Virus record (IMG/VR): IMGVR_UViG_3300020182_000034
Span: 1-61,762 of that record
Origin: a virus
Taxonomy: Duplodnaviria; Caudoviricetes
Reading direction: 5' to 3' (one strand)
DNA length: 61,762 nt
The notes under the pieces were generated by a model. It was given only the letters and a program-made list of their open reading frames with translations. It had not been told where the DNA came from and ran no database searches. Positions 9,747 through 19,800 of the stretch are shown piece after piece. Made by a program: the position numbers and the translations under genes. The first letter of the stretch is position 1. Every line of letters begins with the position of its first letter.

Positions 9747-10595
9747 TTATGATCTAGAGTATCTTAAGCTCGTAACTTCAAAATCTACGAATCCAGCAAA
9801 CAGGGACGAGTCTACATTTTTACTTACCCTGTCGCTTAATTTTGAAACTCTTGACTGCTCGACGTGAAATAATGGGCGCCTTTGTAGGGAAATGAATTGT
9901 TTGTAATTAAAGTCTATAACGTCTCCATATTCATTCAATGGATAATCTTCAAAATTTAATTTAGCGAAAACTTCGTTCTTTGCGTCTGCAAAAACAGACA
10001 GTGCTCCGTCAAGTTGATAGGTATTATCTGCAAAAATAACACATCTTATACTTGTTGTTGTTTTATCTTCTCCTCCAAACGCATAGGGTTCGTTTTCTGA
10101 AAGCTCTGGATTAACAAAGATCGCGGGTACAACTTGTTTGTATGGAGCTATTCCTGCAAGCTCTTGTTTGAATCGCCCATTGGTATCGAATTTACTTTCA
10201 ACAATTAACTGCTCTTCTGTTTGGTTTGTTATATAAAAATTAAAATCTTTTACCGCGTACGATCCTTGGAGCGTTGTTTTATTCGCCGGAAATGTTGAGT
10301 CCATAATGACCCTTCCATTATCAAAATCAAACATTAAATTGTGGTCACCGCGATTAATTGGGCTTCCGTTATCAAGGATTTGAGTGGGTATATTTGCGCC
10401 CTCTATACTTGAATCATAAACCCATTGTTTGTGTGGACTGCTGTACGATACTAGTCCTGCAGCAAGCCTGTCGTCAGATGTGTTTGGATAAAGAGTAGAG
10501 GTGTAATTAGTATAAGCTTCGGCCTTGCTTGTTATAAAGTGATCCGCCCATAACATAAAGCTTGTTGTTAGTTCGTGTTGAAATTGAGGTTTCAT
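9747..10595 (-). CDS. Virion structural protein, possible tail terminator/completion protein
   Basis: 282 aa; directly upstream of the tube gene (synteny only). Confidence 0.4.
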   Translation of the reverse strand: MKPQFQHELTTSFMLWADHFITSKAEAYTNYTSTLYPNTSDDRLAAGLVSYSSPHKQWVYDSSIEGANIPTQILDNGSPINRGDHNLMFDFDNGRVIMDSTFPANKTTLQGSYAVKDFNFYITNQTEEQLIVESKFDTNGRFKQELAGIAPYKQVVPAIFVNPELSENEPYAFGGEDKTTTSIRCVIFADNTYQLDGALSVFADAKNEVFAKLNFEDYPLNEYGDVIDFNYKQFISLQRRPLFHVEQSRVSKLSDRVSKNVDSSLFAGFVDFEVTSLRYSRS

Positions 10596-11219
10596 TTAAA
10601 AATATTTTTTAGATACTCTTGAAGCGTCTATAGAAATTAGGTCGTGCTCGAAAGAATTCAACAAGGATATCACATATGGTATTTTAACTCTACCTCCTGC
10701 GCTTAATTTTGTATTTTGTATTCCCACTTCGGATCTACTTACACTTGATTTTTTATGCATGTACTGACCTAAATTAGGAATCCCCGCTCCCTCCAACTCT
10801 CGAAGCCAGCTCGAACCTTTAGCCCAAGGCATTGGTGTCATTTTATACAAGTCCCTGGCAGAAGGAGCTGATACGGTATAACTCCACGTGAACCCCATAT
10901 TACTAAACTTTCTGTATTTCAAAAAAATATTTATTTTTTCAAGCGACCTCTCTATGTCTGCGATGGGATCTGCGCCGCTATCGAAACCTATAAAGCCAAA
11001 TAAATTTCCACGAGGAACAGAGTTTGATACGTTTGAGGCTGAGGGGCCACCCTTGAGCTCTCTAGTTACTGGGTGATTTAAAAAATCATTCATAAATTTT
11101 CTGTGCAAATCTCTAAATTGTTTTTCCAACATCATTCTTACTTCTGAATTTATGCTGTTGTTTTTTTGCAACTCTTTCTTGATTGCAATTTTTAGATTCC
11201 TACTGATTGGCGCAGACAT
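10596..11219 (-). CDS. Basic hypothetical protein, possible neck/tail-completion protein
   Basis: 207 aa; position between closure-like and terminator-like genes. Confidence 0.35.
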   Translation of the reverse strand: MSAPISRNLKIAIKKELQKNNSINSEVRMMLEKQFRDLHRKFMNDFLNHPVTRELKGGPSASNVSNSVPRGNLFGFIGFDSGADPIADIERSLEKINIFLKYRKFSNMGFTWSYTVSAPSARDLYKMTPMPWAKGSSWLRELEGAGIPNLGQYMHKKSSVSRSEVGIQNTKLSAGGRVKIPYVISLLNSFEHDLISIDASRVSKKYF

Positions 11220-11680
11220 TATACTTCAATAGGTCTTAAAAATAAAGTATTAAATTGAACCACATCAAAAAGTCCATGAGGCCTTGGGTCCGATTCAATG
11301 TGAAACATTCTTCCATCCAGCTCAATTCTTTTTGAATCTTTTATATATTTATAGTCTTCTATCTTTAATTTGATTCTTACCATACTGTTTGGGTCTGGCC
11401 TTGTAACCTTGACTTGGGCGTCTGTTTCTCCAAAATATTCCAAACTTCTATCTGAGTCGTAACGAATTCTTGCCTTAAAGATCCTTTTTACGGGAACGTT
11501 TTCTATACTTGTTGTCTGCGATCCTCCTGAGTTGTACAAATAATTATAATTAGGGTCCGTGCTGATTATAACTTTTTGAGCTTCTTTGTATACCACGACG
11601 TCTCTTCCGAACGTGTCGTGAAGGTCGAGTAGGTTCGCCGCAATATGGGCTCTATCTGATGATGATAAGAATTTTGCCAT
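11219..11680 (-). CDS. Possible head-closure/head-tail adaptor protein
   Basis: Start moved to ATG 11680 (MAKFLSS), 7 nt after GTGTAAA; beta-rich C-terminus RIELDGRMFHIESDPRP resembles head-closure proteins. Confidence 0.45.
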   Translation of the reverse strand: MAKFLSSSDRAHIAANLLDLHDTFGRDVVVYKEAQKVIISTDPNYNYLYNSGGSQTTSIENVPVKRIFKARIRYDSDRSLEYFGETDAQVKVTRPDPNSMVRIKLKIEDYKYIKDSKRIELDGRMFHIESDPRPHGLFDVVQFNTLFLRPIEV

Positions 11681-11689
11681 GAACACTTT

Positions 11690-11714
11690 TACACTAAAGA
11701 TTTTTTTTTGTGTA
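11690..11714. promoter_or_regulatory. Second back-to-back TACAC-N15-GTGTA element between divergent genes
   Basis: tacac 11690-11694 and gtgta 11710-11714; same spacing as at 6451. Confidence 0.6.
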
Positions 11715-11752
11715 TATCGATATAGGTACAAGGATCTACAACAATAATATAT

Positions 11753-12040
11753 ATGGACGCAGAAGACATTTTTAAAAAATGTTGCCACAGGAATACGGTT
11801 TCCCTTTTTAAGGGTTTCCTCGTTATGCTTGAGGATTTACATAAGGAGCATCAAATCAACTTTAATAAATTAAGAAATAATTTACCAGAAGGCTGCGTGC
11901 CTCTCGTTGATCAAGCAGACTACTTTAGTTTTGATAAATTACAACATCTTAGAAAGAGAACTCTAGATATTGGCAATGAAACTATTAGAAATATCGAAAT
12001 GGATTTAGATAATTATACTATAGGCTTTACATTTAAATAA
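11753..12040 (+). CDS. Hypothetical protein
   Basis: 95-aa ORF that tiles between the GTGTA motif and the next gene. Confidence 0.6.
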   Translation: MDAEDIFKKCCHRNTVSLFKGFLVMLEDLHKEHQINFNKLRNNLPEGCVPLVDQADYFSFDKLQHLRKRTLDIGNETIRNIEMDLDNYTIGFTFK

Positions 12041-12051
12041 CAAGAAAAATT

Positions 12052-12861
12052 ATGTCAGACACAGCAACTCCTACAATTAACGATACCCGCAAAAAGATGC
12101 GCGAAATTTACAGCTTCACTTTTGAAAAAGAAGAGAAGTTTAAAAAAACAGAAACGAAAAAGGTAATCAACCCCGAAACTAAAGAAGAAGAAGAATTGTC
12201 TGTCACCAAAGAAGTTTCTGAAGCAGTTCCTTACAGGTTGATTATGAAGCAACCAACACGAAGACAGATCGAGGACGCGGAGTTAGAGTTTAGTGTTGAG
12301 ATGAGCAACTGCATCAAGCGGGGAATACTCACCAAGGCAATGCTTGCTAAAAAATATAGTGATACAGGAGGCCTTCTTGCCGAAGAAGATGCAAAAGCTT
12401 TAACTAAAATGTACGTCGAGTACGGACAGCTTTCTCAGGAAAGTGAAAAGCTTCAAATCAAGAACGTCAAAACAGATAAGGATACCGAACGCCTAAAGGA
12501 AATTTCTGGAGAAATAGCTCTTTTAAGAAAAGATATTATTGGCGTAGAAACATCGTACTCAAATTTATTTAATCACACTGCGGATGTGCGAGCTGAGAAT
12601 AAGGTTATTCAATGGTATATATTAAATCTCACTTTCGTTCAAAAAGGTGATGAAGAAGGGATGAATCCTTTGTTTGAGGGTCGAGACTTTGAGCAAAAGC
12701 TTCAAGTGTATTACGACCTCGAAGAGGAGGGTAATGACCTTTATGACATAGTTGGCGGCAAGGTCGCTGCGTTTTTTAGTTTCTGGTATTACAGTTCTGG
12801 CGCGGTATCGACCGAGGACTTTAAGAAGTTGGATGACGATATTGAAAGCGGTAGTATTTAA
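12052..12861 (+). CDS. Putative tail assembly chaperone
   Basis: 269 aa, acidic and coiled-coil; two genes upstream of the tape measure. Confidence 0.45.
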   Translation: MSDTATPTINDTRKKMREIYSFTFEKEEKFKKTETKKVINPETKEEEELSVTKEVSEAVPYRLIMKQPTRRQIEDAELEFSVEMSNCIKRGILTKAMLAKKYSDTGGLLAEEDAKALTKMYVEYGQLSQESEKLQIKNVKTDKDTERLKEISGEIALLRKDIIGVETSYSNLFNHTADVRAENKVIQWYILNLTFVQKGDEEGMNPLFEGRDFEQKLQVYYDLEEEGNDLYDIVGGKVAAFFSFWYYSSGAVSTEDFKKLDDDIESGSI

Positions 12862-12866
12862 TATAT

Positions 12867-13853
12867 GTGGAATCGACCAAGCGCAGGAAAATATTTAGGG
12901 ATGTAGTTCGAGGATACTCGACCACTACTCTAGACGAAGACTTTATTTATATAAAGCACTTGACTCCGCACGACCAAGTCGAGTTGGAGGAAATTGAAGA
13001 GAGCTATTTTAATATAGCTCTGCGCAAGGGTGTGCCCACGGAAGAAGATATGGTTATGTATCTCACAAGCGAGGGTCAATGGACCGACGCTGACGAAAAG
13101 GTTATTTCTGATACAACCATGTATCTTGAAAGTTTAAAAAAGGCCTTGGATAAGATCATACTCAAGCGAGATATGGACCGACAAAGAAGCATTATAAAAA
13201 AAGAAGAGCAAAAGCTTCAAGAAAAGCAAATACAAAAAATTAATTTAATAGGAAATACTTGTGAGAAATATGCAAAAGAAAGATTAAATGATTTTTATAT
13301 GATTAAAAGTTTTTATAAAGATAAAGATTTATTGATTCCTTTGTTTAGTCAGAATGAATTTGATGAATTAGAGCATCAAGATCTTAAACGAGTGATTAAT
13401 ATTTACAACGATATATTTCTAGGATTTAATGAAGAAAATATACAACATACTATATTAGAAGATTTTTATAATCCATATTTAAGTTTTGCTGAAGATAGTA
13501 TGCAATTTTATGGCAAGCCGTTTTGTAATTTAACATATAATCAAATAAGATTAATAGTTTATACTAGAGTGTTTAAAAATATATTTGATAATAATGAAAA
13601 TATACCAGATAACATAAGAAAAGATCCCGCGAAACTGTTGGAGTTTGGGGGTTCATCTAGGGAGGAGCGGGACAAGGTAAGTGAGAAATTATCTAACGGC
13701 AGCGCAGGAACTCTTGTTGGCGCGACGGATGAGGATTATGAAAACCTTGGAATCGAAAAACCCAAGGGGGGAATAAGTCTTCACGAAGAAGCCAAAAAGA
13801 AAGGCGGAACTTTAAATATGGAAGATTTAATGAAATTACATGGAGTAGGATAG
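12867..13853 (+). CDS. Putative tail assembly chaperone (second)
   Basis: 328 aa, helical; directly upstream of the tape measure; GTG start. Confidence 0.45.
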   Translation: MESTKRRKIFRDVVRGYSTTTLDEDFIYIKHLTPHDQVELEEIEESYFNIALRKGVPTEEDMVMYLTSEGQWTDADEKVISDTTMYLESLKKALDKIILKRDMDRQRSIIKKEEQKLQEKQIQKINLIGNTCEKYAKERLNDFYMIKSFYKDKDLLIPLFSQNEFDELEHQDLKRVINIYNDIFLGFNEENIQHTILEDFYNPYLSFAEDSMQFYGKPFCNLTYNQIRLIVYTRVFKNIFDNNENIPDNIRKDPAKLLEFGGSSREERDKVSEKLSNGSAGTLVGATDEDYENLGIEKPKGGISLHEEAKKKGGTLNMEDLMKLHGVG

Positions 13854-13858
13854 TTTTG

Positions 13859-13865
13859 GTGTATA
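13859..13865 (+). promoter_or_regulatory. GTGTA motif upstream of the tape measure gene
   Basis: GTGTATAAATA in the 38-bp intergenic gap. Confidence 0.55.
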
Positions 13866-13891
13866 AATACCTTATAACGGAATAAGGTAAT

Positions 13892-16800
13892 ATGTCTATA
13901 AATCTCAATGTAACAGGTAATACGCAACCGCTTGAAGCGGCTGTTAATGCTGCGATAAATCGTATTCGCAAGACGCCGATTAAAATAACCGTAGATGACA
14001 AGGGAGCTACTCAGCCGCTTGGAAATATGAAGCGCGGAGCTGACGAGTTCAGTAAGTCGATGGAAGCGGCTAACTCTCGTATTATTGCTTTTGGTGCGAG
14101 TATGGCGATAATTAATGGAGTAGCTGACGGCTTTAAAGCTTTAGTTAAAAACGTAGTCGAGGTCGAAAAAGCTCTTGCTGATATCAATGTAGTGATGAAT
14201 TTATCTACAGCGAATTTAGAAAAATTCTCAAACGGATTGTTTAAAACCGCCAAAGAAACTGGAGCAGCTTTTAACGTTGCCGCTGAAGCAGCTACCGAGT
14301 ATGCCCGTCAAGGCTTAACGATGGAAGAGTCTTTAAAAAGAACTCGAGATGCTCTTATTTTGACTCGATTAACTGGGATGGATTCTGCAAACGCAGTAAA
14401 AGCTTTGACTGCAGCCATGAATACTTATGGAGACCAAATAAAAGATACCACCGAATTGGTAAGTAAATTTGCCGCTGTTGATGTTAAATTTGCGGTTAGC
14501 GCTGAGGATTTTGCGGATGCTATATCTCGTACTGGACAAGCAGCAAGAAGCGCTGGAGTAGATATTGATGAATTGGTTGGTCTTGTTACTGCAGCTCAAC
14601 AACAAACCGCTCGAGGCGGTAAAGTGATCGGAAATTCTTTTAAAACGATATTTACTCGGATCGGAAGGTCGGACACTCTTAATCAATTAGAAAATTTAGG
14701 TATCGCTGTAAGAGACCTAGAAGGTAACACTCTTGGAGCGAAAAGAATTTTAACAGATCTAGCCAATACTTTCGACAAACTTACAGCTTCTCAACAGAAT
14801 CAAATCGCACAAACAGTTGGTGGAGTTTTTCAAATCAACGTATTGAAAGCTGTGCTGAGTGACGCCGCAAAGCAAAACGGTATACTTGCAAACGCTACTC
14901 AAATTTCTTCAGGAGCTACTACAGAAGCAATAGATAAAAACGATCAATTAAGACAGACTATGTCTGCAATGGCCACAGAAACCGGACTAGCTTTAAAGGA
15001 ATTAAGTGCACAGATTGGAGAAATTATGCTTGCTCCAGGAATGGAAAAGGTTTTGAATGTTTTTAAGGGATTGGCTGAAGGAGCAAATGAAATGCTCGGC
15101 GGTGGAGAATCCACTGGTAGCGATTTCGCTCAAGGTTTTTTAAAGGGCTTGGGTAATATCATAACTGGTCCAGGGTTGGTCGTTATTTCCGCAGTATTTA
15201 TAAAGTTATTTGCTAAAGCTTTGGTTTATGCGAATCAAAGTCTGAAATCTTTAATTGGGGTGACAAGCGAAGCTCACAAGCAAAAGGCAATACAAACTTC
15301 TCTTGTTACTTTGTTTGGGCAAAACGCAGCGATCAGTAAGGAAATGTTGCGAACCGATATTTCCAGAACAGAAAAAGAAAGAATAATTCTTGGGCTTTTA
15401 AAGGCACAAGTTATAGAGGCTAATATGTTAAACTCTGTATCGAAAAGTGTTGCCGGCGGTTTATATACAAGAGGGTATAACGCAAACCTTGCTCCTCGAA
15501 AGGGAAGAGCCGGCGGACACGTTCCAAATTTTGCAGATCCAGAACGCGAGCAAGCTGCGCGGGGAGGATATGCGGCCGGAACAATTCGTTCGATGAATAT
15601 GCCTGGCGAAGGTTCGGTTATATACAACAGCGCAGAAAAAGTAAAGAATTTCAAAGGCATGAGCCAACCTGCAATTATGCCTCCTCATTCAAGCAAGGCT
15701 GGAAAAAACTATCAGCAAGCATTTGGGGATGTTCATGGATTCGATCCATATGCTGCGGGGGGGCATGTGCCGAACTTTGCGCGAAAAAAATCAACCAAAA
15801 CCGCTCATATCAACCAAGACTCTGCAAAATATATTGGATTGACCGCTTCAAACTCTAACGATAGAATGGGAAGCCTTTTCGCAACCGCTGGAAAGGGACA
15901 GAGCAATGTTTTTGACGCCAATAATGAACCATATAAAAAGGCCGCCCTTAAGTCTAAGGGCGCAAAAATAGACTATGAATTTTATTCTTTAGACGACTCT
16001 GAAAAAAGGAAATATTACAATTCAAAAGTAGAATCTGGACTAAAGGAAGATTTGCAGCGAGCTAGCCATGGAATAATGAATCAGCTTCTTAAAACTTTAT
16101 CTTCTAAAGATCAAAATTTTATAGCAAAAAAAGCGGATTTAAGTAAAGATTTACCCGAGAATAAAATGTCTGTTTCTGCTGGACACATTTTTGAAGCTGC
16201 AGCAAAAACTATACTTAGATCAATTGGAGCTGAGTCCGCTATTCCTGAGAGAGCCTCTGCAAGAATAGATTTTTTAAAAAACCAAGAACTTTACGAGCTT
16301 TTCGGAGTCAAAGGAGATAAGGGGTCGGGAGGCGCAGAGGCTAAACTAAATAACAATAAAAGAAATGCAAAAAGTTTTGCAAGAAAAATATACGATCTAG
16401 AGATTGGCAGTAAGGGCGCCACTTCTTTTAGTAAAACTTCTAAATTACCAAAACCCAAGGCGTCAAATTCCAGACCGTTTTTTCAGCCACAACTAATGGG
16501 TAATAATGCCGAAGGCCACATTCCCAACTTCGCCAATCCACTCTCAGATGCAATAGGTCGAGAAAAAGCTGCTGGCGTTCCAGTTTCGCAAATCCGCGTT
16601 GGCTCTCACCCAGCCCTTATGGGCAAAAGTAATCCAATTGGTTTAGGCGTAACTAATACACACGATGAACCAAACGGTCTGCGCGATGTAATTGGTGCAG
16701 CAGGCGGGTTTGTGCCGAATTATGCAGAGCCCGGCTTCCAAAGAACAGATGTAAACATTAAAGGCAGGAGAAAGCAAGATAAGCTTGTCGAAAAATTAAA

Positions 16801-19800
16801 TCGAGAGCTAGAAAAGTATACAAACGCCTTTAAAAAAGGTCAACTCTCTCAGAAAAACTTAACCCAAGGAATAAAAAACCTTAATCAAAAATACGGCTTA
16901 AGCGAACAAACACAAAAGAGAGTCTTGAAAGAGACGAACAACTCTATAACTGCAACTCAAAAACTTAATGCAGCAAGACTAAGTACTACAAAAGCTTTAA
17001 GCGGCGGCACCAAGGGAGCTATGGGGCTATGGGGAAAGACGAACTCGAAAATAGAATCGTCCGCTTTAGGTAAAGGTTTAAGCTCCACAGGCGGCCAAAT
17101 GGGCTTGATGATGGGAGCCCCTATGCTCGCCGGAATGCTTCAAGGCGAAGGAGTTGGAACAGTAAGCGACTCCAGTTATAAAGCCGGAGGAGCGCTTCAG
17201 GGGTTGGGCACTGGCGCCGCAATGGGTATGATGTTTGGACCGTTAGGTACTATTGTGGGAGGTACTATTGGCGCTTTCAAGGGTCTTGTGGACGCATCCA
17301 GCGAACTCAAGGAAGCTCAAGAAAAAGCCGCTAAAGCTCAAAGAGAGTCAAGTGTTCAAACTGGTGCTGCTCTAGCCCAATCATTAGCCCCCGCTTTAGC
17401 TAAAACAAATTTTGGAAAAAGTGGTTCGGTGGAATTTTCTTTCGGAGGAAAACAGCAAAAGGTAGATGTAGATAATTTTAATAAATTATCCGCACGAAAC
17501 GTCGAAACGGGGCGATTTGGTATGAAAATGGGAGAAAATGTTAGGAGTCAAATGTTAGGAGGCCTTGGTTTGGATATGCAAGATATACTTAGAAGAGGAG
17601 CGGGTTCTCCGTCTGCAATTTCAGGGATATTAAAAGAATCTGGAATAAATGTTTCAAGAGAGCAACTTGATGCAGCGGTTTATTCAGGAAAAATGATCAA
17701 GGGGGAAGATCAAGGAGATGTTATACAGGTTCGAGAGAGAAGGAGTTCAGGAGAACAAATTAAAAGAATTGAAGATCAAATCTTAGCTCAAATGGGATCT
17801 GCCGCTAGGCCTGAAGCAATCAAGACTGCACTCGATCAATTACCTGAGGATATGAAAATCCAAACTGCAGCGCTAAAAGAAGGCTCAACTGCAGGAGGGA
17901 GGAGCTTTAAGAAAGGCGCTCTCGAATATTTTACTCCCGAAGAATTAAAAAAACAAATCGACGAAGGAAACCCTGCAGAGGTAGCAACAGCTTATGCGGA
18001 TATTTTAAAACAAATCGAGGTTCAGAATACGTTAAACGAAAAAAATAATCAAGCCGTCATCCTTCAATTAGATCTTCAAAAGCTTCAAGTTGCAGCGCAA
18101 CAAGCTGCAGTGATGAATCAGTTAAAAATAAAAGGCAAATACTCAAAAATCGCAGACAATTTAAGTTTTGAGCAAAAAATAATGGGGAGCTTTGCGACAG
18201 ATCTTCAGAAGTCTCAAAATAAATATTTAACATCGTTGAATAAAGCCAGGGAGACAAAAGCTCTTTCCGCCGCCAAGGCTGATGACGCGTTAAGATCTGA
18301 TATTCAGGGAAAATTAAAAACTGGACAATACTCAGAAATTGAAACGAATTTAAAGAAGGAACTTTTCAAAGAAAGCGCTGGAACAGCGTCAGAGCAAGAT
18401 GTAACTGACGCATTGGCACTCAAGAACGGTAAAGAATTGTTGGAAATCTTAAACAGAATAAAAATAAATAACAAAGAAAATACAGCCATACAAAATTTGG
18501 TTAATCAACTCATTGATAGCTCTGTCACTAAACGAAATAACGAGCTAGATGTTTCCAATAAAATATTCAGAAATACGAAAAACCAGATCGGTAGGGAAAA
18601 GGTTATAAATGATATACTCGCAGGTCGATCTCAAATTATAAAAGATTTAGAAAGGAAAAATCGCATGTCTTCAGAAGGCCTTCGGTCTTCCCAGAAAATC
18701 CGAGGGTTTACCGAACAAGTTGCCGCAGCAAAAAGGTTAAATGCTGTAGGTCCAGGATACCAAACCAAAAGAGAAAGAGAAAATTTTACAATGTCCGAGA
18801 AAGGATTTGGATTAGAGTCTCAAATCAAAACCCTCGAAGAAAATAAAGCAAAATCTATAGGGGAGCAGGAGTTGGCTAAAACAAAAGTGGAAGATGTTGA
18901 TCTTAAAAGGTTGACTCAATTAACTAGAATTAAGGACGAAGGTTTTATCTCTAAAGAAGAATTTCGAGAGCGAGAAAACCTAAAAATATTAGTCGAACAA
19001 AGAGCTAAAAAACTAGAAGAAATCGAACAAAAAATAAAAAACATAAACTCCGAAACGGACAGCGAAATAGACAAAGCGAAAACACTTTTAGATAAAGAGA
19101 AAGAAAGACTCGAAATCAAAAGAAAACACGAAACTGGACCTGGGGCATTTGGTAATGGATTAGCGGGCGGCATGAAAAGCATGGCCGAACAAGTTGAAAC
19201 AATGGACTATGAGCTTGGAACAAAGCTTCCTCAGTCATTTGCTAATGGTTTATCTGGTGCGTTCATTTCGGCGATAAATGGAGCCCAGGATTTAAATGAC
19301 GCTCTAAGGGATGCGGGAACTAATTTTTTAAAACTAATCCAGGAAGCCATGATGCAAAAAATGGTGATGCAAATGATGGGAGGGTTGGGATTTTCTCAAG
19401 GAGGTAATGTTCGCAATTATTCAAAAGGCGGAAGTGTTCCTGCAAAAGTTTCAAATGGAGAGTATTTAATGAGTCGAGAGGCTGTAAATAAATACGGAGG
19501 ATCATTTATGCACGGACTAAACGCAAGAGGCGAAGCTCCCGGATTTTCTTCTGGAGGTAAAACTCCTCAACAAGGATCCGCGTTGGCCGCTAATTTTGGC
19601 GGAGCCGAAGGTTATAAATCCGGCAAGAGATACCAATCTCAAGCAATGTCTTCATTTTTCTATAGTGGACAATCTGGCAATCCTGGACTACAGGAAGATG
19701 CAGATGAAATGCGAAAAATATTATCAGAAAGAGAACAAGCTCGATTAAAAGCTGAAGCCGAAGCGAAGGCAAAAAAACAAAGAAGAAGAGAGAGATTGGG

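Noticed and set aside
12840-12870. Programmed -1 frameshift joining the two chaperone genes (lambda G/GT style)
   Set aside because: The -1 frame has TAG at 12852-12854 and no canonical X XXY YYZ site lies between it and the stop; a non-canonical event cannot be excluded
13862-13869. T4-type late promoter TATAAATA
   Set aside because: Present in only one structural-gene leader; the other leaders share GTGTA instead, and the tail genes are not T4-like
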